This document shows positions 29,685 through 37,499 of a stretch of DNA of 64,000 nt, one piece after another (positions within the stretch are counted from its first letter, which is position 1; every line of letters begins with the position of its first letter). Under the pieces are notes generated by a model, which made no database searches, was not told where the DNA came from, and saw only the letters and a list, made by a program, of their open reading frames with translations. Source of the DNA: Candidatus Omnitrophota bacterium (GTDB lineage Bacteria; Omnitrophota; Gorgyraeia; Gorgyraeales; Gorgyraeaceae); contig JAUYDX010000088.1 of NCBI GenBank assembly GCA_030691625.1, positions 1,856 to 65,855 of the forward strand. The letters run 5' to 3'. The translations under genes and the position numbers were made by a program.

Positions 29685-30332
29685 ATGATAGATTTACATA
29701 CGCATACATTGCTTAGCGATGGGGAGCTTTTACCGAGCGAGCTTGCCAGGCGCGCGCAGGAAAAGGGTTACAAGGTTATTGGTATAACTGATCACGCGGA
29801 TTCTTCCAATATTGATTTTGTGGCGCCGCGCGTTGTGACAGTGTGCAGTGATATAAACAAGCACTGGAAGATAAAGGCGGTCCCTGGCATAGAGATCACG
29901 CACATGCCGCTCGAGCTTATAAAAGGCGCGGTGAAATTCGCCAGGTCTAAGGGCGTGAAGCTTATATTGGCGCACGGAGAGACAATCGCGGAGCCGGTTA
30001 TTGAAGGCACGAATAAGCAGGCGCTGCTTTCAGGCATTGATATTTTAAGTCATCCCGGGCTTATTTCTCCGGAAGACGCGAAGCTCGCCGCCAATAAAAA
30101 CATATACCTTGAAATTACAGCCCGCAAAGGCCACTCGCTTACTAACGGCCATGTTGTGAAAATTGCCAGGGCCGCAGGCGCGAAACTGGTCTTAAACACA
30201 GATTCCCATTCGCCTGAAAATCTCATTACAAAAGATCTCGCGGAAAAAATTCTTTCTGGCGCGGGGCTTGATAAAAAAGAAATCGCGCAGGTGTTTAAAA
30301 ATTCCGAAGACCTGGTTAAGAAGCTATCTTGA
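29685..30332 (+). CDS. PHP-domain phosphoesterase (histidinol-phosphatase-like)
   Basis: MIDLHTHTLLSDG start and HD.. motifs of the PHP family. Confidence 0.7.
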   Translation: MIDLHTHTLLSDGELLPSELARRAQEKGYKVIGITDHADSSNIDFVAPRVVTVCSDINKHWKIKAVPGIEITHMPLELIKGAVKFARSKGVKLILAHGETIAEPVIEGTNKQALLSGIDILSHPGLISPEDAKLAANKNIYLEITARKGHSLTNGHVVKIARAAGAKLVLNTDSHSPENLITKDLAEKILSGAGLDKKEIAQVFKNSEDLVKKLS

Positions 30333-30378
30333 CAATAATAGGCATGTGTAGTAACCTTATTACAAAAAGGGGGATGAT

Positions 30379-30849
30379 ATGAACAAAACAAGGTTTTTAG
30401 TTCTTATTGCTTGTTTATTGGCTTTATCGGCAGGCTGTGTCACGCTTCCTAAAGACGAATCTGTCGATGGAGAAAAAAATGCCGCGCCGCTTTCCGTGGC
30501 GCCTATCCTTAAATTTGAAGACATACCTGTTCCTGCGGGTTTTAAGCTTCTGGACAAGGAGTCTTTCGCGTTCCAGAACGATAAGTCGAGAGTCGCGCTT
30601 TTGAAATATTACGGCGGTAAGAATTCTGAAAATGTGATTATGTTCTACAAAGAGCAGATGGCGGCATTTAACTGGTCTTTGGTCAACATAATAGAGTATG
30701 AAAGAAAGGTCATGAACTATGAAAATTCAGAGGAAAGCTGTATTATCACCATACAGCCACAGGGCGGGAAAAGCCTGATAACAGTGGCGCTTTCTCCTAA
30801 GTCAAGGCCTATGAAACCGGAAAAATCCAGCTCCAGGGAATACAAATAG
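30379..30849 (+). CDS. hypothetical lipoprotein
   Basis: signal peptide plus lipobox LSAGC; no recognisable domain. Confidence 0.45.
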   Translation: MNKTRFLVLIACLLALSAGCVTLPKDESVDGEKNAAPLSVAPILKFEDIPVPAGFKLLDKESFAFQNDKSRVALLKYYGGKNSENVIMFYKEQMAAFNWSLVNIIEYERKVMNYENSEESCIITIQPQGGKSLITVALSPKSRPMKPEKSSSREYK

Positions 30850-30853
30850 TATA

Positions 30854-30896
30854 AAATGGTGCCAGGCACTACTACAAATAGTGCCTGGCACCATTT
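30854..30896. repeat. family-3 palindrome
   Basis: AAATGGTGCCAGGCACTACTACAAATAGTGCCTGGCACCATTT. Confidence 0.9.
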
Positions 30897-30913
30897 AAAC
30901 ACCCTTTTTCCAC

Positions 30914-30942
30914 TTGACAAGTATATATATATAAGGTATACT
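30914..30942 (+). promoter_or_regulatory. sigma-70-like promoter (TTGACA-17-TATACT) driving long leader of porin-like gene
   Basis: consensus hexamers, 17 nt spacer; transcript would begin with the 17-bp GTAG hairpin at 30949-30982. Confidence 0.6.
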
Positions 30943-30948
30943 TTTTTG

Positions 30949-30982
30949 TAATGTAGGGCGGGTTTAAACCCGCCCTACATTA
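30949..30982. repeat. GTAG-type REP-like perfect 17-bp-arm palindrome TAATGTAGGGCGGGTTT/AAACCCGCCCTACATTA at 5' end of porin leader
   Basis: perfect inverted repeat right after the -10 box. Confidence 0.85.
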
Positions 30983-31167
30983 GTGCAAAAGAAGTAAACG
31001 CTTTCAAGTAAGCGTATACCGCTATAGGCAGCTTTAATCTTTGCGAGAAAGGAGAGTGAAAAACTTAAAGCAGAAGCAGCCAAAACATATAGCGATATAT
31101 CATAGAGAGAAAGATAATTTTAGGTAAAACCTAGTTATAATAAAATGTAACCAAGGAGGAAAAGTAA

Positions 31168-32631
31168 ATGAGTAGATTCTTAAAATTAATGAGTATACTA
31201 GCGATAGTAGCTCTCATTGCTGTGCCGGCGTTCGCAGAAGTGCAGAACGTAAAGGTCAGCGGTGATATTGATTCAAAGGCTATTTCGAGGAACCAGTATG
31301 ATTTTTCCAATGGTAACTCAAATGGCAACGCGCAGCCAGGTACCTTCTCTTACAATGATAATGATACATGGTTCAACACAACTGCAAGGGTTCAGGTTGA
31401 CGCAGATTTGACTGACAATGTATCTACTGTCGTAAGGCTTTTGAATGAAAGAGATTGGGGCGTAGAAGCACCTGCAGGTAACACATCTGGCGACACAACT
31501 ATAGCTCTGGATCTCGCGAACGTAAAGATGAAAGAGATATTTTGTCAGCCTCTAGCCTTAACCATTGGCCGTCAGAACATCAGATTAGGCAGTGGATTAG
31601 TGGTTGGGGATCCTGATACAAATGACATGAGCGTAAACGGCGCTGCTTTTGCAGGGGATCTTTCTGTGAGAAAATCTTTCGACGCTATAAAGGCAACATT
31701 GGATTATAATCCTTTGACAGTTGACCTTATTATGGCAAAGATTGATTCAAATACCGTTGGAAGAGCTCTTACAACAACCGGTTCCAGGACCAAAGATGAT
31801 GTTGACCTGTATGCAGTTAACGCGGCGTACAAGTTCAATAAGTATAATTCAGAATTAGAAGGATATTTAATTACAAAGATTGACCAGTCAATCGGCACAA
31901 CAACACCTCTTAAAGATCAGGTTAATGTATATGGAATAAGAGGCAGTTTGGAACCTATATCAAAGTTAATCCTGGATGCAGAACTGGCATATCAGAATGG
32001 TTCGTACGCAGATGCTACAATCAGCAGAACGATTGACAGGGAAGCATGGGCAGGCGACGTAGGCGCGCAGTTGGCAGTAGGTACAAAGTGGTCACCTGTA
32101 CTCGCAGCAAGATACAGCTATCGTTCCGGCCAGCAATCTCCGGGCACAGATGCTGATGCGGATGCAGAAAATTATGCCGGCGGCCAGGCAAAAACCAATA
32201 AATACGAGGCGTGGGACACCATGTTTGAAGACCAGACTCACGGCATTATCGCGAACGCGATTTTCTCCAACAATAATGACGGCGTGGATTCAAACGGCCA
32301 CACGATCAATGTAATGGCTTCTGTAGTGCCTTTACAGGACCTCACAGTGGCAGTGGATTATTACCATTATCTGTTAGCTGAAAAATGGTACTCAGACAAC
32401 CAGGCCGGAAGCACACTCAGCAACAGGATCATGAACAACGGCAACACAAGCTATGAAGTAAAAGACAAGACAGATTTAGGAGATGAAGTTGACGTATCAT
32501 TGGCGTATGACTACACAGAGGATGTGAAGCTTGGTTTAACAGCAGGGTTCTTTTTACCAGGCAAAGCGTTCCAGACGAACAACGAGAACATGGCATCAAC
32601 AGTCATGGCTGATGTAAAGGTTAGCTTCTAA
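31168..32631 (+). CDS. outer-membrane porin-like beta-barrel protein
   Basis: signal peptide, amphipathic beta-strand periodicity, C-terminal ...DVKVSF. Confidence 0.5.
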   Translation: MSRFLKLMSILAIVALIAVPAFAEVQNVKVSGDIDSKAISRNQYDFSNGNSNGNAQPGTFSYNDNDTWFNTTARVQVDADLTDNVSTVVRLLNERDWGVEAPAGNTSGDTTIALDLANVKMKEIFCQPLALTIGRQNIRLGSGLVVGDPDTNDMSVNGAAFAGDLSVRKSFDAIKATLDYNPLTVDLIMAKIDSNTVGRALTTTGSRTKDDVDLYAVNAAYKFNKYNSELEGYLITKIDQSIGTTTPLKDQVNVYGIRGSLEPISKLILDAELAYQNGSYADATISRTIDREAWAGDVGAQLAVGTKWSPVLAARYSYRSGQQSPGTDADADAENYAGGQAKTNKYEAWDTMFEDQTHGIIANAIFSNNNDGVDSNGHTINVMASVVPLQDLTVAVDYYHYLLAEKWYSDNQAGSTLSNRIMNNGNTSYEVKDKTDLGDEVDVSLAYDYTEDVKLGLTAGFFLPGKAFQTNNENMASTVMADVKVSF

Positions 32632-32657
32632 CCTGGTTTCGGCTTTAAGTTTTACAG

Positions 32658-32689
32658 CCCCCGGAGGAGTAATCCTCCGGGGGTTTTTT
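32658..32689 (+). terminator. rho-independent terminator
   Basis: CCCCCGGAGG-AGTAAT-CCTCCGGGGG stem-loop followed by TTTTTT. Confidence 0.85.
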
Positions 32690-32725
32690 ATTTACATTGG
32701 ATTGATTTAAATGTATAATATATCC

Positions 32726-34021
32726 ATGAGAAAAATATTCGTGCTTGATACAAACGTGATTATCCATAACGCGGATGCGATAAATGTGTTCGCGGATAAC
32801 GAAGTGGTCCTGCCCATTGATGTCATAGAGGAGCTGGACATATTCAAAAAAGACAGCGATGAAAAAGGCCGCAACGCCCGCGCGGCAATCAGGATGCTGG
32901 ATGATCTAAGGGAGCGCGGAAAACTGGGCGAAGGCGTGCCTCTGGAAAATGGCGGGGTATTAAGGATTATCATGCATCACCCTGATACAAAGGGGCTTTT
33001 AAACATCGCTCCGAACGAGCGCGACAACAGGATCTTAATGGTAGCGTATGACCTCCAGCAAAAAGGCAATAAGGTAGTATTTGTCTCCAAGGACATAAAC
33101 GCCAGGGTCAAGGCAGATGCCCTGGGCATAAAGGCAGTGGATTTTGAAAAGCAAAAGGTGGATATAGAAACCCTTTACAGCGGCTGGAAAGAGATAATGG
33201 TAAGCTCAAGGGAAGTGGACACTTTTTATGAAAGGAAATTTTTCAATGTAAAAGAAAACGGCATGTTCCCCAATCAGTATGTCCTTTTGAAAGACAGCGC
33301 TTCAGATAAGCACACCGCGCTCGGAAGGTTTGATGTAAAGCAAAAAGGCGTTGTGCCTTTAAAATCAGACCAGGGGGATGTGTGGGGCATAAAGCCGAGG
33401 AACAAAGAGCAGGCAATAGCCCTGGACCTGCTTCTGGACGATAACATAAAGCTTGTCACGCTCGTAGGCGTCGCAGGCACAGGAAAAACGCTTCTCGCTC
33501 TCGCGGCAGGATTAAAAAAGACAGTGGACGAACACGCGTATAAAAGGATACTTGTTTCAAGGCCTGTAATCCCGATGGGAAAAGACATAGGATATCTTCC
33601 GGGCACAAAAGAGGAGAAGCTGGTAAACTGGATGCAGCCTATCTTTGACAATCTGGAATATATCCTTACCATCAGAAAACGAAAAGAGCACGTGGATGAC
33701 CTTATAGAGAGCGATCTTCTTCAGCTAGAGGCGCTTACCTATATGAGAGGAAGAAGTATCCCGAACCAATTCATAATAATAGACGAGGCGCAGAATCTTA
33801 CCCCTCATGAAATAAAAACAGTTGTGAGCCGCGCCGGCAACAATACGAAAATGGTGCTCACAGGAGACCCTTACCAGATAGACAGCCCATACCTTGATTC
33901 ATCCTCCAACGGCCTCAGCTACGCAGTAGAGCGCATGAAAGGCCAGGAAATGTTCGGCCACGTCACCCTTACCAAGAACGAACGCTCAGGCCTCGCGTCC
34001 GTCGCAGCAGAACTTTTATAA
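32726..34021 (+). CDS. PIN domain + PhoH-like ATPase (YlaK family)
   Basis: N-terminal PIN (MRKIFVLDTNVIIH), C-terminal PhoH ATPase with GVAGTGKT. Confidence 0.85.
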   Translation: MRKIFVLDTNVIIHNADAINVFADNEVVLPIDVIEELDIFKKDSDEKGRNARAAIRMLDDLRERGKLGEGVPLENGGVLRIIMHHPDTKGLLNIAPNERDNRILMVAYDLQQKGNKVVFVSKDINARVKADALGIKAVDFEKQKVDIETLYSGWKEIMVSSREVDTFYERKFFNVKENGMFPNQYVLLKDSASDKHTALGRFDVKQKGVVPLKSDQGDVWGIKPRNKEQAIALDLLLDDNIKLVTLVGVAGTGKTLLALAAGLKKTVDEHAYKRILVSRPVIPMGKDIGYLPGTKEEKLVNWMQPIFDNLEYILTIRKRKEHVDDLIESDLLQLEALTYMRGRSIPNQFIIIDEAQNLTPHEIKTVVSRAGNNTKMVLTGDPYQIDSPYLDSSSNGLSYAVERMKGQEMFGHVTLTKNERSGLASVAAELL

Positions 34022-34063
34022 ATGGTGCCAGGCACCGTGCCTGGCACGGTGCCTGGCACCATC
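34021..34063. repeat. family-3 palindrome with duplicated arm
   Basis: AATGGTGCCAGGCACCGTGCCTGGCACGGTGCCTGGCACCAT. Confidence 0.9.
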
Positions 34064-34121
34064 TGCACTTGTTTTTTTCTATTTCTGTGGCATACTTATG
34101 AGTAGAGACAACTGAATAGCA

Positions 34122-34250
34122 TTACGACAAAGGCAAACCATTCGAAAGAATGGGGCGCAAAGTCAACAGGCCTAAAGCCCTGAAGGGCAACGGCGGCTGG
34201 ATTACCGAAATTAAAAACCTATTCTGCCATGAGGCCGGATAGGTTTTTTA
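34122..34250 (+). ncRNA. c-di-GMP-I (GEMM) riboswitch candidate with intrinsic terminator, in leader of RlpA-like gene
   Basis: GGCAAACC-AUUCGAAAGAAUGG-GGCGCAAAG-..GGCCUAAAG..GGAUUACCGAAAU closely matches the Vibrio Vc2 GEMM aptamer as recalled from memory (GGGCAAACCAUUCGAAAGAGUGGGACGCAAAGCC..GGCCUAAAC..GGUUACCGAUGG); followed by AACCUAU..AUAGGUUUUUU terminator 15 nt before the RBS. Confidence 0.6.
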
Positions 34251-34265
34251 TTTGGGAGTCTCAAG

Positions 34266-34649
34266 ATGAAAAAGGCCGCAGTCATATTGATAATTCTAAT
34301 GGCTGTGGTTTTTTCTTTAAATAATGCAAAGGGGGTCGCGACTTCCTCTGCCACCATTATTAAAGGTAAGGCATCCTGGTATTCCCAGAATGACCCCGGA
34401 ATCCTCCTCACTACAGCCAATATGGAGAGATTTGACGATTCCCAGTTTACCTGCGCCATATGGGACTTGCCATTCAACACTATATTAAAGGTAACAAACC
34501 TTGAGAACGGCAAATCTGTCATTGTCCGGGTTAATGACAGGGGCCCGGCAAAGAGGTTAAACCGCGCAATAGACCTCACCAAAACCGCGTTTTCCCAAAT
34601 ATGCGACCCTGAAAAAGGCCTCGCAGATGTTTCTGTGGAAACAATGTAA
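34266..34649 (+). CDS. RlpA-like double-psi beta-barrel (DPBB) lipoprotein
   Basis: signal peptide; GKASWY...ANGE..RVNDRGP motif typical of RlpA/3D DPBB domains. Confidence 0.65.
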   Translation: MKKAAVILIILMAVVFSLNNAKGVATSSATIIKGKASWYSQNDPGILLTTANMERFDDSQFTCAIWDLPFNTILKVTNLENGKSVIVRVNDRGPAKRLNRAIDLTKTAFSQICDPEKGLADVSVETM

Positions 34650-34838
34650 AACTCGCCTATTATACCTAAGTACAATTGATTTCATTTTGACATTCCTCTA
34701 TAGTATAAGCAGGTTTTAGAATGAGGAGAAAGGAGGCAATATGAAAGCGGAGGAAAAGGGGTTCAAAAAATTTTTATTGACAAATCAATTAAGGTAATTT
34801 ATAATACTTATTAACAAACTTTTAAAAGGAGGTGCGTG

Positions 34839-37409
34839 ATGCACAAGAAATTCTTGTTTTTGACTATCACAGCTATTGTATTTTGCTCATTTGTATTGGT
34901 GGGACTGGGATTCTGCTACCAGGTTCCCGGAGAACAGAGTAACGTTAAATACCTTTATACATTCGGAAAAGACGGCCAAAAAACATACGGCGCAATGAAA
35001 ACCGGGCCTCTGGTAATATTCGTCAGAGTTCCCAGTACCTATAATGGCAACATCCAGATAGGTATTTATGATCCTGATACAGGCGGCGCAATAGATGAAA
35101 AAGACGGCCAGTGGGATACAATCACAAAGTTTTCTATTTTAGGCGGAAAGAAAACGTATACTTCACTCCTGGAAGCGGACGAGAGTCATGTGCTTATTGA
35201 TAAAGAAAGCGACACGAATCCTGTGGATCCTTACCATGGAGATCTATTAGCTGAAAAGACATTCGGCAATGATGAGCAGTATGACAAAAAGATTTATAGC
35301 TTTGACCCTATTGACGCTTCAAAGGGCGAAGAAGCAGGCGGCTACAGGTATTTTAAAATAGTGATAGAAGGGCTTTCAGGCAACGATAACAATCTTTTTT
35401 CATTAGATATCTCTCCTGATACGTTAGAGGCCTTTAGCTTCGCGCCTAGGATAAGATTAGCGGAAACACGCGGCGCGAAAATGGCTTTTTATCCAGAAAT
35501 ACCTTCTGACTCAAGTAGAATTTATGAATATAACTATGACTTGGATCCTACAGGCGGAACCATAGACCTCATAAGCGCTTCCAGGGATTTCAGGATAAAA
35601 GGTTCTGCGACAGGCATGTGGGAAAGCACAGAAATTAAAGTCCCCAGCCAGGACGCAGGCAAAAGATGGGTTTATGAAATAACAAAAGACAGGCAGAAAC
35701 AGGGTAATATGGCATTTAGTTTATTGACAGACAAGGGCAGGTCAATACCTATATACTTTACTCCCGGCGCCGAAGGCCCTAAGCTGGTATTTGTTGAAAA
35801 ACCAAAAGAAACGCCTGCGCCAACCGGACAGCCTCTTTCGTGCAATACCTTCACATTTGACGGCTCGAAATCCTATGCGGCTGATAATAGCAAGCTGGCG
35901 TATTTCTGGGATTTCGGCGACGGAACTACAAGCACGGATATGAGAATAATGCATACCTATAAAGATGCGGGCAAATACCTTGTTAAATTGACAGTAAAAG
36001 ACGCTTCAGACGCGGAATGCAACACCGCAGACACACAGCAGATGGTAAAGGTAAACCAGCCGCCATGCGCTATCGCGGACGGCCCTGATCTGTCATGTTT
36101 GAACGAAGAGATCACATTTGACGGTTCGCAGACAACAGACAGCCCGGATGACAAGCTTACTTACAGATGGGATTTCGGGGACGGCCAGACAGCTGACGGT
36201 ATAAAGGTGAAGCATAAATACGCAAGAGGCGGGAATTATCAGGCTACGCTGACGGTAACGGATGATTCCGGTACCATATGCGACACCAGCGTTGATAAAA
36301 TAAAGGTAGGTATTAATACGCCTCCTACGGCAGACGCGGGCAAGGACACATTTATATGCAGTGTGAACCCGAGCCAGCCTCTGGATGTGGCGTTTGACGC
36401 TGCCGGTTCAAAGGATCAGGACGGAGACAAGCTTACTTATACATGGGATTTCGGCGATGGCCAGACAGGCGAAGGAAGGACCGTAAAACACACCTACGCT
36501 AAAGGCGGAGAGTATATAGCGAAGCTTATAGTGAGCGACAATACAGACACAGAATGCGACAAGGCAGTATCTACTAAGACAGTGGTGCTGAACAGAGCCC
36601 CCATAGCGAACGCGGGCAACGATCTTCAGATATGCACGGGCGATACAGCCAGTTTTGACGCGTCCGGTTCAACAGATAACGACGGAGACAGACTTAGCTA
36701 TGCCTGGGATTTTGGGGACGGTGAAAAAGCTGAAGGCAAGACTGTTTCCCATAAATATACAAAAGGCGGGGTTTATCAGGTTAAACTTATCGTGGACGAT
36801 GGCGCAAAAACAGACTGCTCGAGCGCGTCTGATAAACTGCTCGTTAACGTGAACACAGCCCCGAGCGCGATAATCGCTTCCAAGGATACCGCTTCTGTGG
36901 GCCAGACTGTGAATTTTGACAGCGCCAACTCAAATGATCTGGACGGCGACAAGCTCGGCTACACATGGGATTTTGGCGATGGCACCAGCGCGAGCGGAAG
37001 CGCGGCAAAGCACAGCTATTCAAAAGGCGGGCTTTATAAGGTAACGCTCGTTGTAGACGACCAGAAGAGGACAGACTGCTCGTCAGCCATCAATTCCCAG
37101 TACGTGAAGGTCAATACGCCTCCTGCGGCAGTCACGGGCCCGAATCTGATAGCCTGCGTAGGTGACGAAATTGAATTTGACGGGTCTAAGTCTACTGACC
37201 TGGATGGAGATAAACTGACATACAGGTGGGATTTTGGAGACGGGGAAACAGCGGAAGGCTTGAAAGTAAAGCACGCTTATAAAAAGCTTGGAACTTACAA
37301 GGTGAGCCTGATGGTTACAGATGACTCCGGCGTTGAAGGTAATTCATCAACATCCAGTCTTATGGCAACTATACATGATCAGCCTGTTTCGAAAATAGAG
37401 GTCATGTAA
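34839..37409 (+). CDS. secreted protein with N-terminal domain and ~8 tandem PKD domains
   Basis: repeated Y(R/T/A)WDFGDG(Q/T/E).. blocks about 85 aa apart, signal peptide. Confidence 0.8.
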   Translation: MHKKFLFLTITAIVFCSFVLVGLGFCYQVPGEQSNVKYLYTFGKDGQKTYGAMKTGPLVIFVRVPSTYNGNIQIGIYDPDTGGAIDEKDGQWDTITKFSILGGKKTYTSLLEADESHVLIDKESDTNPVDPYHGDLLAEKTFGNDEQYDKKIYSFDPIDASKGEEAGGYRYFKIVIEGLSGNDNNLFSLDISPDTLEAFSFAPRIRLAETRGAKMAFYPEIPSDSSRIYEYNYDLDPTGGTIDLISASRDFRIKGSATGMWESTEIKVPSQDAGKRWVYEITKDRQKQGNMAFSLLTDKGRSIPIYFTPGAEGPKLVFVEKPKETPAPTGQPLSCNTFTFDGSKSYAADNSKLAYFWDFGDGTTSTDMRIMHTYKDAGKYLVKLTVKDASDAECNTADTQQMVKVNQPPCAIADGPDLSCLNEEITFDGSQTTDSPDDKLTYRWDFGDGQTADGIKVKHKYARGGNYQATLTVTDDSGTICDTSVDKIKVGINTPPTADAGKDTFICSVNPSQPLDVAFDAAGSKDQDGDKLTYTWDFGDGQTGEGRTVKHTYAKGGEYIAKLIVSDNTDTECDKAVSTKTVVLNRAPIANAGNDLQICTGDTASFDASGSTDNDGDRLSYAWDFGDGEKAEGKTVSHKYTKGGVYQVKLIVDDGAKTDCSSASDKLLVNVNTAPSAIIASKDTASVGQTVNFDSANSNDLDGDKLGYTWDFGDGTSASGSAAKHSYSKGGLYKVTLVVDDQKRTDCSSAINSQYVKVNTPPAAVTGPNLIACVGDEIEFDGSKSTDLDGDKLTYRWDFGDGETAEGLKVKHAYKKLGTYKVSLMVTDDSGVEGNSSTSSLMATIHDQPVSKIEVM

Positions 37410-37499
37410 TTTGTAAGCAGAGTTTCTTGGGAGAGAGGCCCCGCTCAGAGCATTAAAAAAATGTTTTGTCCGGGGCCTTTTTTATGGTATATTAATTAT

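Noticed and set aside
34650-34838. Possible small ORF or sRNA in the 190-bp region upstream of the PKD-repeat gene
   Set aside because: Contains a plausible promoter (TTGACA-17-TATAAT) and the RBS only; the 18-codon ORF has no support
37436-37485. Candidate terminator after PKD gene (GGCCCCG..CGGGGCC with 28-nt loop and T6)
   Set aside because: Loop is unusually long; kept out of the feature list as low confidence
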